This document shows positions 52,338 through 62,659 of a DNA stretch of 64,000 nucleotides, in pieces. The notes under the pieces are model-generated. The model saw only the letters and a program-made list of their open reading frames with translations. It did no database searches and was not told the DNA's origin. Both the position numbers and the translations under genes were made by a program. Position 1 is the stretch's first letter. The number at the start of each line of letters is the position of its first letter. Source of the DNA: an uncultured Planctomycetaceae bacterium (GTDB lineage: Bacteria; Planctomycetota; Planctomycetia; Planctomycetales; Planctomycetaceae); contig CAWFGE010000017.1 in the NCBI GenBank assembly GCA_963815195.1, forward strand, positions 192,001-256,000, given 5' to 3'.

Positions 52338-55109
52338 TTACGTCAAATGGCCGGGTTGGGGTTGGGGGAGTTCGGTGCCGGGGAGTGCGGGGGCCGGGGC
52401 GAGTTCCTGTTGCGACTGGGCGATTGTGCGTTCGATGATCGTGCCCAACGGTCCCGCGAGCATGGCGGGGAGCATCACGAGATCAGCCACGAGCGCGGCG
52501 GCGATCAAGGCCGCCATCAGCCAGCCAAACCGGCTGACCAACAGCAACTCCGCCGAGTAGAGCATCAGCAAACCGATGCCGACGGCCATGCTGGTCTGCC
52601 AGAGGGCCGGGCCGCAATGCCCGAGGGCTTGGGCGATCGCCTCGCGGCGGGGCAGGCCGTCGATGATGCCCTTGCGGTACCAGGTCAACAGGTGCAGGGT
52701 TCCGTCCACGGCGATGCCGAGCGCCACGGATGCGGTGATCATCGTGCCGATGTCCACCGAAATCCCGGCCCAGGAAATCAGGCCGAAGACCATCCCGATG
52801 GGCAGCACGTTGGGGATCATCGTCATCAACCCCGACAGCGGATTTTTGAGCAGATAGATCATAATCAGCCCGATGAGGATGAACGCCACGCCGAAGCTGA
52901 CGATCAGGCTGCGAAGCACGGCTTGCTGAGTTTGCAGGAACAAAGGCACCATCCCGGTGACGAGAAACTCGGCCCCCTGCTGTTTGCCGAGCACCGATTG
53001 CACCATTGTGTTGAGTTCGCCGGGCTTTTGCAGCGGATGGGTCCAATCGCCGGTGAGGTCGGCGTAGTTGAGGTCCGACATGATCGCGACCTGGGCGGTG
53101 ATCCGCCAGACTCGTCGCCGGCTTCCGCCGTGAAGCGTTTGCCGCCGAGCTTTTCGAGCATCTTCGGCTCGCGGACGACGGCGAGCAGCGCCCCCGCCCC
53201 GGGGATTTCTCCGTTCTTGATGCGTTTTTCGGCTTCCCACTGTTTGCGGTGGGCCTGGATTTTCTGAAAGGTGTCTTCCTTGGGAGCGACGTCTGCGAAT
53301 TTCATAAAGTCGGCCAGCGACATCGTGCCGCTGATTTCGGAATGCCGGCGAATCTTGTCGCTGATGCGGTCGATCAGGTTCCGCCGGTCGGCGAAGGTCA
53401 AGCGTTCCTGCGACGCCTTGTCGAAGCGGACGATCACATCCACCGGCACGATGCCCGACAGGTTTTCTTCCAGGTAGTCGTAATCCTGGACGACCCGCTT
53501 GTCGTCGGGGAAATACCGGATGACCTTGGTCTCGGTGCGGAAATTCGCCAGCCCCGCGCAGCAGACGATATAGGTCAGGATCGAAACCCCGGCGACGGGT
53601 TTCCAATGATCGCTCAGATAATAGGCAATGTGCTTCCAGCGTTCGTGTTCGGTCTCGGCCGATTTTTGGGCCTTGCCCGGCCAGTATTGCAGCATCGCGG
53701 GCAAGGCGTACAACACGACCACGAGCGAAATCAGACACCCCACCGCGGCGTAAAATCCGAAGTCGCGGACGGGCGAGAGGTTGCTGGTGGTGAGAGACAT
53801 CAGCCCGACCGCCGTGGTGATGCTCGCCAATGCGCACGGTTGGCGGGCCATCTTGCAGGCGTTGACGATGGCTCTTTGCGGATTGTCCAAAGCCGCGTGC
53901 TTCCAATAGTTGGCTACGTGAATCGCCGCCGACAAGGTGAGCACCGACAGCAAGCTGGGCATGCAGACCAAAACCATGTTCATGCTGCCCCGCGTGAGCG
54001 GAACCAAAGCCACCGTCAACAGCACAGTGAAGTTGGCGGCGACGAGCACCAGAATCGCCAAACGGGCGCTTCGCAACATGACGAACGCCAGGACCACGCC
54101 GATGAGGGCCGAGAAAAACAACGGCGAGCGCTTGTGGAATTTCCAGATCGGATAATCGCGGTTCCAAAAGGCTTTCTTGACGCCTTGGTTCAGTTCGTTC
54201 CCCACGACCGGGCCGCCGCCGAGCCGCAGTTCCTCGCGGGGAATGCCCGCGGCTTCGGCACAGCGATAGATGAGGGCGAGGGTTCGCGGCATCTTCCGCC
54301 GGCCCCCGTAAGACACCGCGACCCCCAAAGCCGCGGGCGTGCCGGGCTGGAAGAACTCGTCTTCCGCGACGGGCTCGCTTCCGCCCAGAGACTTCACCAA
54401 GGCGATCACCTCTTTTTCGTGCTCGCGTTTGGTGTGCATCCGGGGCCATTCGACCGCGAAATCGTGCGGAGCGGGAACCGTCCATTCCGAGAGCAGCGGC
54501 CGTTCGTCTTCTTCTTGGGGCTGGGCTTTTTCCTTCGCGGCCATGCGATCGCTTGGGAGCAGAATCGTCAAATCCAGCCCCAATTCGTCATGGGCCCGGC
54601 GGACCAGGTCTTCAATGATCTGCTCTTTGTGGGGTTTGGCGGCGTCCGTCAGCCGAACTCGGAGTGGACCGCACCGATCAACACGCCGGTGAGACGGTCG
54701 AGGGCGGTGTTTTGATCCATGCCGCCTTTGAGCATGCGATCGAACACGTCCTGCGGGGAGACGACGCTGGCAATTTCCTTCCGCGTTGGGGAGGTGGCTC
54801 GGATTCCCCGCCGCTGGCAGGCTGGGCGGAGCCTTTGAGTTGGGCCTCCAACTTCGCCAGTCGCGGGTCGGTCAACGAGCTGCCGTTCCAACTGATGAGC
54901 AGCCGCTCTTCCTGGGGAAAATAATCGTGGGCCCAATCGAGAATCTGGGCCTGCGGATCGTCATCGGGCAGCCAACTTTCCACCCGGTTTTCCAAGTGGA
55001 TGTTATCGCAGGACCAAATGGCCAGTGGGGTGAGAAATGCCATCCCCACGAGGATCCAAAGGCCGTATCCGTTGCCCCAGACGTCTCGTTTTTCAAAAAA
55101 ATGTGCCAT
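52338..55109 (-). CDS. MMPL/RND family transporter; three frameshifts (~54778, ~54672, ~53110)
   Basis: [24 protein letters not shown]...[17 protein letters not shown]; two TM blocks distributed over four frames. Confidence 0.85.
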
Positions 55110-55490
55110 TTTCGATGGTATCGACGATTGCCCCGAAAAATATGATTCGGAAACAGAGAGACCTTCTCCGACCTGAGATCACGATTTCGGGTTCTGCCGA
55201 TTAAATAAAAAGGGAGGGACAATCAAGATCGCACAAATGACGTTGGCTCTATTCAAGCCGACTTTGCGGATGCCGATTGCGGGGAATTTCCGGCCTCGAA
55301 AAATCACACAGGAGGAGCGCCCTGATGAGTTTGCCCGGTCACATCTTGCCAACAACCGCTCCGACGTTGTTCCAACAATGCGAGGAAAAAAATCAGGTTA
55401 GGGGAATTGGGAGAGACTGTTTGGGTGGGTTTTGTGGGAATTGTGAAGGAACCTTAGCGCGTCGTCAAGCGAAATCAGGAATTTCCCCGG

Positions 55491-56279
55491 CTATTCGGGG
55501 TGAAAACCTTCCACCAATTCTTCTTCCCATTCGTTCAGCAGGGGCCAGTCCACGGCACAGGTGCCGAAGTCCGCCATGTGTTGGTAGGATTCGAGGCGTT
55601 CGATGGTTTTGGTGAGTTGCGCGTCGTCTTTCCGGAAAATCGGCCCGTGGCTGGGCAGGAGCCATTCCACGTCGCTTTCGCGAATCCGCTTGAGTGAGCG
55701 GATGAAGTCGGGCAGGTCGGAGCCGTGGTGGGCGTCGATGTTGCCCACGCAGCCGTCGCGGTAAATGTTGTCGCCGCTGAACAACAGTTTCTCCAACCGA
55801 AATGAAAGCTGCGACGGCGTGTGCCCCGGCGTATGCCAGACCTCAAGCTTCACCTCGCCCAGTTCGAGCACATCCCCTTCGGTGATGGTGCGGTCGAACT
55901 CGATCTTGGGCAGGCTGATCGAGATGTCCTGGGCCGAGATCTCGGCATAGGTCAGAATCCGGTCCCCTTTGATCAGAGCCTCGGCCGCATCGGGATGACC
56001 CACAATCTCGGCCGACGGCAACAACTCCTTGGCTTTCTTCAAACCCTGAATGTGGTCCACGTCCGCGTGGGTGGCCACCAGATACCGGCAATTCGCCAGA
56101 GGAAAATCCATCTGCCGGATCATCTCGATGATCTCGGAGACCGTGTCCTCGTAGCCAATATCGATTAAGAGCCATTGGGAGGCCTCGTTGAATACCAGAT
56201 AGACGCAGCACCCCAAGCGCCGGCGGGCCTGGTAATTCATCTCAATCACATGGGGAAACACTTCCCGACGTGGTTCCAT
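55491..56279 (-). CDS. MBL-fold metallo-hydrolase
   Basis: LIDIG, THADVDH, TPGHT, FSGD, PSHG. Confidence 0.9.
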   Translation of the reverse strand: MEPRREVFPHVIEMNYQARRRLGCCVYLVFNEASQWLLIDIGYEDTVSEIIEMIRQMDFPLANCRYLVATHADVDHIQGLKKAKELLPSAEIVGHPDAAEALIKGDRILTYAEISAQDISISLPKIEFDRTITEGDVLELGEVKLEVWHTPGHTPSQLSFRLEKLLFSGDNIYRDGCVGNIDAHHGSDLPDFIRSLKRIRESDVEWLLPSHGPIFRKDDAQLTKTIERLESYQHMADFGTCAVDWPLLNEWEEELVEGFHPE

Positions 56280-56512
56280 GACCCGCGACTCCCAATCTCA
56301 AAAAATCCTCCGCACAATCATTCACTGACGGATTCTATGTGGACCGCTTGAGGCAGGCAAGCATATCCAGGGGTTTCCATGCGTGTCTCACAAAAATCGG
56401 CAAAGCAACCCGCGGGCGGGCCGGACTTTCCACGTTTTTCTTGAAGCGGGCGCTCCAATCCAGGATAACAGCCCAGACGCGTGGACATTTTGGGAGAAAG
56501 TTAAACCGAGAC

Positions 56513-57163
56513 ATGAACACCCCGATGGATTTGTATTGCGAGCGGTGCGGGCCGGGTTTTTGGGCCGAGCCTTTGAATGCGCTTTCAAATGTGGCGTTTT
56601 TACTCGCGGCGGCCGCGGCCTGGCAGGGCGCCCATCGCCGCGGAACGCTCTCCCGCGACGTCGCCCTTTTGATCGGATTGGCGGCGACGGTGGGCGTCGG
56701 AAGTTTTCTGTTTCACACGTTCGCCACGCGGTTGACGATGTATCTCGACGTGATTCCCATCCTGGTGTTCCAAGTGGCTTTCGTCTGGGTTTATGCCCGC
56801 CGGCTGATGGGTTGGCCTCCGTCGGCGGTGTGGGCGGCTCTGCTCGGATTGCTCGCGGCTTCGCTGGCGGGCTTATGGTTCCGCGGCGCTTTGAATGGTT
56901 CCCTGGCCTACGTCCCGGCGTGGATGTTGCTGGCGGCCTTGGGAGCCTATCACGCGACTCACGCGGAACGAAAACCCTGGCAAATGCCGGCCGCGGCTGT
57001 TTTGGTGCTCATCGCTTTGGCATTCCGCACCATCGACCTGGCGGTCTGCGACCTTGTCCCCACGGGCACCCATTTTCTTTGGCATCTGATCAACGGCCTG
57101 GCCTTTTATCTCGTGCTCGAAAGCGTCATCCTGAATATTGCCCCCACCGACCCACTTTCGTAG
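56513..57163 (+). CDS. Ceramidase-domain (CREST superfamily) membrane protein
   Basis: YCER...WAEPLNALSN, GSFLFH, D.IPI, GTHFLWH; about 7 TM. Confidence 0.85.
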   Translation: MNTPMDLYCERCGPGFWAEPLNALSNVAFLLAAAAAWQGAHRRGTLSRDVALLIGLAATVGVGSFLFHTFATRLTMYLDVIPILVFQVAFVWVYARRLMGWPPSAVWAALLGLLAASLAGLWFRGALNGSLAYVPAWMLLAALGAYHATHAERKPWQMPAAAVLVLIALAFRTIDLAVCDLVPTGTHFLWHLINGLAFYLVLESVILNIAPTDPLS

Positions 57164-57248
57164 CGGCGGCTTCCAGCCGCCGAGATCGATTCACGGCGGC
57201 AAGATGCCGCCGTTACGTTGTTCACGGATTTGCCGCGCAGGTCTGAAA

Positions 57249-58205
57249 ATGCTTTCCACCCGAAGAAAATCCTTTGTGCAACCCGGCATCTGGTTCCTGT
57301 TATGCAGCGGGCTGTGCCGATGCGGGTTGGCGGAACCGCCGGGGATCGAAATTCGCCACCCAATCACGTACCGCCTAAAAATCTCGATGCGAATCTCCGC
57401 GGAAAAGAAACCCTTGAGCCGAGTCGCCGCCACCTGCCCGATTCCGGTGGATTGGCGGGAACAGAAAGCGAAGCTCCTCAGCGAGAAAAAGCCGGACGGC
57501 TCGAAGTCCCGCGAGCGAACCGTGGACGGCATGGGGGCCCTGTGGGTGTGGGAATGCCCCAAACTTGCCGCGGGGGAATCGGTCGCGGCCGAACGAATCT
57601 ATGAGATCACGCGGTTTGAGGTCGTTTGCAAATTGAACCCCGAGACCCTGAAACGCCCGCCGATCGTTCCCCGCAACCTGCGGGATTTTCTCCGCGACTC
57701 GCCCGGGATTGAGATGGGCGATTCCGATCTCAAGGCGCTCGCCGAGAAACTCGGCGGATCGGAGAAACCCCCGTGGGAGTTCGCCGTCGCCGCCCGGGAT
57801 TGGATTCGTCAGCACACCAAGTATCAACCCGGCCCGTACCGCGGCGCGAAATATGCCTTCGAAGAGCGCCGGGGCGATTGCGAAGACCTCTCGGCCCTGT
57901 GGATCGCCCTCTGCCGAATCTCCAAAATCCCCGCCCGCACCGTCTGGGTGGAAGGGCACGCCTATCCCGAGTTCTACCTGGAAGACGGCGAGAAACGGGG
58001 CGACTGGATCCCGGTGGAACTCCACGGACCGGAAGCCTTCGGGCGGATTCGACAGTTCCAGCCCATCTTGCAAAAGGGCGACCAATACCGCGACCCGGCG
58101 ACCCGGCAGCGGATCCGCTACCTGCCCCAACAAGCCACGGCCTTCGGAGGCCTGCCCAAGCTTCAAGTCACGCGAACGGTTCTCCGCGAGAAGCCCGCCG
58201 AGTGA
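57249..58205 (+). CDS. Transglutaminase-like domain protein
   Basis: GDCEDLS, IPAR.V, GHAYPEFY, W.P.E. Confidence 0.85.
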   Translation: MLSTRRKSFVQPGIWFLLCSGLCRCGLAEPPGIEIRHPITYRLKISMRISAEKKPLSRVAATCPIPVDWREQKAKLLSEKKPDGSKSRERTVDGMGALWVWECPKLAAGESVAAERIYEITRFEVVCKLNPETLKRPPIVPRNLRDFLRDSPGIEMGDSDLKALAEKLGGSEKPPWEFAVAARDWIRQHTKYQPGPYRGAKYAFEERRGDCEDLSALWIALCRISKIPARTVWVEGHAYPEFYLEDGEKRGDWIPVELHGPEAFGRIRQFQPILQKGDQYRDPATRQRIRYLPQQATAFGGLPKLQVTRTVLREKPAE

Positions 58206-58214
58206 GCCGTAGGC

Positions 58215-58421
58215 TCAGCAACTCGCATCGGAGAGATTCGCGGGCGCGGCGGCGGCGTGGGCGTCCGCGTTTCGCCGGGATTGGTGGAGTTCCCACTCCA
58301 AACGCGTCACCCGGCTTTGCAGTTCCTTGACCTCGGCCCGCAGGCGGTCCATTTCCAAGGATTCAAAGTGTTCCTGAATCTGATGGGTCGTCAGCATCTT
58401 CAGCTCCCTTCCCTGGGGCAT
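58215..58421 (-). CDS. Small coiled-coil hypothetical protein
   Basis: EMDRLRAEVKELQSRVTRLEWEL; upstream TTGACC-N16-TATGAT at 58503..58476. Confidence 0.5.
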   Translation of the reverse strand: MPQGRELKMLTTHQIQEHFESLEMDRLRAEVKELQSRVTRLEWELHQSRRNADAHAAAAPANLSDASC

Positions 58422-58590
58422 GAATTCCCGCAAATGGTCAGACGTTCTTAAAGCAAACAATTTGCGATGAGGGGCATCATACCTTCTCCCAGAGTCGGGT
58501 CAACAGCAAGCGGGCCGACTGGCGAGACTCGCTGGTAAGTCGTTCCGCAAAACCGGGTTGCGATTGTGTCTCGTAATGCACGTTGCATGA

Positions 58591-58896
58591 CTATCCCCAC
58601 TCCCGACACCGGGCGAGCGAAGCCAAATCCTCGAATACCAGAGTGTACGGCATCTGGGGGTCGGATTCCTGGGACCATGTCAAATGGACTGTCGCATATC
58701 GCCCGTCGTCGAGTTGAAAGACGACATCGTCGGGATGTCTTCCGACTGCCTTCGCGATGACGGACTTTCCGAAAAGGACATGACCCGCCGGGACTTCACG
58801 AGCCAATTCCGCCTTAAGAGACTGGCAATGGTCCTGATCGGAGAGATTCGTCCAATAAGGCGGCCAAATTTCGTCGGGCGGTTGTAATTCGGTCAT
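58591..58896 (-). CDS. Hypothetical protein, immunity-protein-like
   Basis: L.AELAREV..GH.L...DDVVF.L.....A.VHLTW...E...P.T; codon usage more AT-rich than neighbours. Confidence 0.6.
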   Translation of the reverse strand: MTELQPPDEIWPPYWTNLSDQDHCQSLKAELAREVPAGHVLFGKSVIAKAVGRHPDDVVFQLDDGRYATVHLTWSQESDPQMPYTLVFEDLASLARCREWG

Positions 58897-58900
58897 ACGA

Positions 58901-59737
58901 TTAGCCCGCTCGTGAAACCGCGGCCTCGGGATTTTCCGACCGGGACGTGAGGCCCGCGGGAGCATCGGCCAGCGGGAGCTTGAGCGTGAACGTCGTGCCT
59001 TTGCCCAGCGTGCTTTCCACGCGAATCCGGCCTTTGTGGGACTCCATCACTTCCCGGCACAGCGCCAAACCGAGCCCGGTGCCACCTTGCCCCTGCGCGT
59101 CGCGGTCCTTCGTCGAAAAGAACGGCTCGAAAATCTGGCGGAGCTTGTCCGGAGCAATCCCCGCCCCGCTGTCGGCCACGCGGACTTCGCCCATGCGGAG
59201 CGCGGCATCCTCCCCGATCGTGAGATTCAAAGTCCCGCCTTCGCCCATCGCCTGCCGGGCGTTGATAATCAAATTCAAAACCACCTGCTGGATCTGATTG
59301 GCATTCACCATTACCCAAGGCTGGCTCTGGCATTCGAGGTTCCAACGGATGCGGTGCACCTGCAAATCTTTCTCGACCAAGACGAGTACGTCCTGAACAA
59401 GCGAATGCAGGGCCACGGCTTCCCGGCGGTCGGCTTGCCGGCGGGCGTACGAGAGCATCCCCGTCGTGATTTTCGAAGCCCGCTGGCCGGCGGCGAGGAT
59501 TTTCTCAAACGCCCGCTCGCGCGTCTTGGCATCCTGATGCCTGAGCCCCATCTTGGCGTAGTTGATCACCGTCATCAGGATGTTGTTGAACTCGTGCGTG
59601 ATCGACGACGCGAGCGCCCCCACGGAACTCAGCTTCTGCGTCTCCAAGAGCTGCCGTTTGAGCTCGGCGATCTGATTCTGCAGTTCGCGGGCGTCGGGAG
59701 TGGCTGATTGGAGAGGTTTTTCGCTGGCGTCCTTCAT
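58901..59737 (-). CDS. Cytoplasmic histidine kinase without sensor domain
   Basis: ITHEFNNIL, NLIINA, DSGAG, FFSTK, GTGLGL; only a short coiled coil before the H-box. Confidence 0.9.
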   Translation of the reverse strand: MKDASEKPLQSATPDARELQNQIAELKRQLLETQKLSSVGALASSITHEFNNILMTVINYAKMGLRHQDAKTRERAFEKILAAGQRASKITTGMLSYARRQADRREAVALHSLVQDVLVLVEKDLQVHRIRWNLECQSQPWVMVNANQIQQVVLNLIINARQAMGEGGTLNLTIGEDAALRMGEVRVADSGAGIAPDKLRQIFEPFFSTKDRDAQGQGGTGLGLALCREVMESHKGRIRVESTLGKGTTFTLKLPLADAPAGLTSRSENPEAAVSRAG

Positions 59738-59880
59738 GGAATGCTCCGCCCATCCTGGCAAAAGTTTCGCGGTTTGGAGAAATACGAGTCCATGTTTTGG
59801 TATCGGAGCCAAAAGCCGGCTGACTCCAATCCCGTCAAAATCGTCCCTCCTGCGCAAACCAGGCAGGGCAGACAAAAGAA

Positions 59881-60059
59881 CTGTAAAAAAGAGCCGCGCA
59901 CTGTAAAAAAGAGCCGCGCACGAAGTAAGCGGTTGACATCGTCCGCTTACTTCGTGCGCGGCTCTCCTGATCGTGGGACATCGTCCGCTTACTTCGTGCG
60001 CGGCTCTCCTGATCGTGGGACATCGTCCGCTTACTTCGTGCGCGGCTCTCCTGATCGTG
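59881..60059. repeat. Tandemly amplified REP: 2 x 20 bp plus 3 x 42 bp
   Basis: CTGTAAAAAAGAGCCGCGCA x2; GACATCGTCCGCTTACTTCGTGCGCGGCTCTCCTGATCGTGG at 59935, 59977, 60019. Confidence 0.95.
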
Positions 60060-60082
60060 AAATTATTTGCAGACGTTCCAGC

Positions 60083-61864
60083 TTACGCGAGCGGCAAACG
60101 CACTGTAAACGTCGTGCCTTTTCCGACCTGGCTGGACACGCTGACCTGGCCCGAAAACACCTGTGTGAGGTGCTTGACGATCGACAGCCCGAGCCCCGTG
60201 CCGCCGAGCTCGCGGGAGCGGGCTTTGTCCACGCGGTAGAACCGCTCGAAGATTCGCTCCTGGTGCTCGCGGGGAATGCCCACGCCCGTGTCTTCCACGG
60301 CGATCACGGCCGTGCCCTGTTCCGCATGCCAGCGGACCGAAACCCGCCCGCCCGCCGGCGTGTATTTGATCGCGTTGTCGATCAGGTTGTTGATGATGAA
60401 CTGAAACCCCTCCGCTTCCGCCTCGATTTCCAATTCCCCCGCCGGGGGCTCGGTGGTGAGGGTGACGGGCTTGGCCTCCGCGACCGTGCGGTATTCCTCG
60501 ATGCAGCCGGCAATCAGCCGATTGATCTTAAGCGGAGCCACGTCGTAAACCACCTGCCCGCTTTCGATTTGGGCCAGCCGGAGCAGATCGAGAATCAGCG
60601 TATGCAGTCGCTCGCTTTGCTCGTAGATCCGCTCCAAAAATCGGCGGGCGTTCTGTTCATCGTCGATCGCCCCATCGAGGAGGGTTTCGGTGAAGGTCTG
60701 GATCGCCGTCAGCGGCGTTTTGAGTTCGTGGGAGACATTGGAGACGAACTCGTGCCGGAGGTTCTCCAGGCGGCGGAGTTCGGTGACATCGTGCGTCACC
60801 AGAACAACGCCGGGGCTGGGATTTCCGGGCAATCGCGTGGCGAGCATGGCCATCACCGCCTGGCTCCGCGGGACCTCGAACTCGACCGCGTGCTTCTGCC
60901 GGCCGGAAAGCGTTTCCCGCACGACTTCTTGCACGGTCTTGTTGCGGATGGCTTCCCAGATCGGCCGGCCGATGACCTCATCGGCGGAAATATCCAACAG
61001 CGGCCGGGCCGCGCGGTTGGCGAACAGGATCCGCTCGGAGGGATCGACCGCGATCACGCCCTCGATCATGCCCGCGAGCACCGTGCCCAGGCGATTCCCG
61101 TTTTCCTGGAGTTCTTTCGTCTTGCCCTGGAGTTCCTTGATGCGTTCGGTGAGCTGCAAACTCATCGAATGGAAGGCCCGGGCGAGCGTGCCGACTTCGT
61201 CCCGGCCGGAGATTTCCACTTTTTGGAGGGCCTCGCCGCGGGCCATGCCCTGGGCGGCTTTGGTCAACGTGAGCAGCGGTTTGACGATTTGGGCGACGAT
61301 CAAATACGTGAGCAGCACGGCGATCAAACTCACCAAAGCCGCCGCCCCGAAGATCCGCGTTTGCAGCACGGCCAACTCGGCGTCCAGAGTTTTCAGATCC
61401 GCCGCGACCCGCGCGAAACCCAGGAGGTCTCCGCCGGCCTTCACGGGGACCGCCACGAACACCATCGAAGCGTCCGCAGCCGGGTCCGCGCGCTTCGCGA
61501 TGCCGGCCGCGTTTTTCCCGGCCGCGAGAATCTCCGGTTGGCGGGCGAGGTTTTCCTGGTCGTCCGGGTCATAAGCCGAGTCTCCGACAACCGTTCCGTC
61601 GCGGCGGATGACGCTGATTCTCGTCCCCGTGTCCGAGGCCCAGCGCTTGATCCGCTTTTGGAGAGCCGGGGAGGATTCTTCGGGAAAATTGTCGGCCAGC
61701 GCGTCCCCTAAAACGATGGCGAGATCAGACAGCCGCCGCTGGTTTTGATTTTCCACAAGCAAACGCTGGCGGTGCGAAACCACGGCGACAAACCCCGCCG
61801 CGGTGAGCAGCGTGAGCAGCGTGTAGGTGAGGAACAATTTCCAAAACAGCCGCGAGGCGAGCAT
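60083..61864 (-). CDS. PhoR-like sensor histidine kinase (TM-HAMP-PAS-HisKA-HATPase)
   Basis: EFVSNVSHELKTPL, NLIDNAIKYT, RIFERFYRVDKARSRELGGTGLGL. Confidence 0.92.
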   Translation of the reverse strand: MLASRLFWKLFLTYTLLTLLTAAGFVAVVSHRQRLLVENQNQRRLSDLAIVLGDALADNFPEESSPALQKRIKRWASDTGTRISVIRRDGTVVGDSAYDPDDQENLARQPEILAAGKNAAGIAKRADPAADASMVFVAVPVKAGGDLLGFARVAADLKTLDAELAVLQTRIFGAAALVSLIAVLLTYLIVAQIVKPLLTLTKAAQGMARGEALQKVEISGRDEVGTLARAFHSMSLQLTERIKELQGKTKELQENGNRLGTVLAGMIEGVIAVDPSERILFANRAARPLLDISADEVIGRPIWEAIRNKTVQEVVRETLSGRQKHAVEFEVPRSQAVMAMLATRLPGNPSPGVVLVTHDVTELRRLENLRHEFVSNVSHELKTPLTAIQTFTETLLDGAIDDEQNARRFLERIYEQSERLHTLILDLLRLAQIESGQVVYDVAPLKINRLIAGCIEEYRTVAEAKPVTLTTEPPAGELEIEAEAEGFQFIINNLIDNAIKYTPAGGRVSVRWHAEQGTAVIAVEDTGVGIPREHQERIFERFYRVDKARSRELGGTGLGLSIVKHLTQVFSGQVSVSSQVGKGTTFTVRLPLA

Positions 61865-62130
61865 CGACGCCCCCAAGAATCGCTGCGTGAAAAACCGCAA
61901 ATTATTGCATCCTCCATCGTAAAAAGAAAAGAGGCGCAACGATCCGCACAATCCCGCCCACTGTATTATGATGAGGCTCCGCCCGTCAAAGGGGACCGTT
62001 GGACCGGCTGTTCACGAAGAATTCGGGGAAATCGGCGTGGGCTTTCTTTTGAGGCAGGAAAAATATCCCGTTCCCATGATTTTCCGCCGCCGGGGAATCG
62101 TTATAATCAAACTAATCGGAGACCTTGGTC

Positions 62131-62448
62131 ATGAATCGTATCATCGCCGAGCGGGACACGGGTGGTCTGTGGACTGCATGGTTTGACGAACTGCCCGACG
62201 AGATCCAAGTCGGGCGTTCCCAGGAAGAAGCGGTTCGCCGGCTGTTGTACCGCACGCGGGACCGGCGTATCCCCGCGAAGGACATTTGGATCGATCCCTC
62301 CGCCTGCCGCGACGGGCATCTGGAATTTGTCGTCGTCACCGAGGAAAAGCAAAACCCCTGCCCCGATTGCAACGGCAGCGGCCAATACATCGGCCTCACC
62401 GTCATCGAGCCCTGCCAAACCTGCCACGGCAGCGGCTTGCTCTCGTAG
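62131..62448 (+). CDS. HicB-like N-terminal domain + DnaJ-type zinc finger protein
   Basis: IIAERDTGGLWTAWFDELP....GRSQEEAV, then CPDCNGSG and CQTCHGSG; GGAG RBS; TATAAT at 62102. Confidence 0.65.
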   Translation: MNRIIAERDTGGLWTAWFDELPDEIQVGRSQEEAVRRLLYRTRDRRIPAKDIWIDPSACRDGHLEFVVVTEEKQNPCPDCNGSGQYIGLTVIEPCQTCHGSGLLS

Positions 62449-62659
62449 CCCTGCGTTCGCCGGTTCCCCCAAAATTCCGGGACCCGATTGAAGTTTCCGC
62501 GCGGAGTCGCCATAACATCCCCGGAGAACGTGTTCGACAATCTGAGCGGCAGGCGCTAGCCTCCATTTTTGGTGAAGCGCTGCTCCCAAAATCAAGACCG
62601 GCGGCTAGCGCCGTTCCGCTCACATCAAGAAATGTTTTGAAGATCGGCAAAGAGTCGCC

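Noticed and set aside
51244..52560. PLD ORF extended at both ends, overlapping neighbours
   Set aside because: 5' extension is an off-frame overlap with the upstream gene; 3' extension results from one extra A at ~52290.
54649..54651. In-frame TGA as selenocysteine in the MMPL gene
   Set aside because: Homology continues in a different frame; explained by a missing base at ~54672.
59935..60059. CRISPR-like array
   Set aside because: Units are contiguous identical 42-mers without unique spacers, derive from a dispersed REP, and no cas genes are present.
59708..61711. 667-aa plus-strand ORF with repeated TSSAYFVRGSPDR
   Set aside because: Antisense shadow of the phoR-like kinase; the peptide repeats are just the translated 42-bp DNA repeat.
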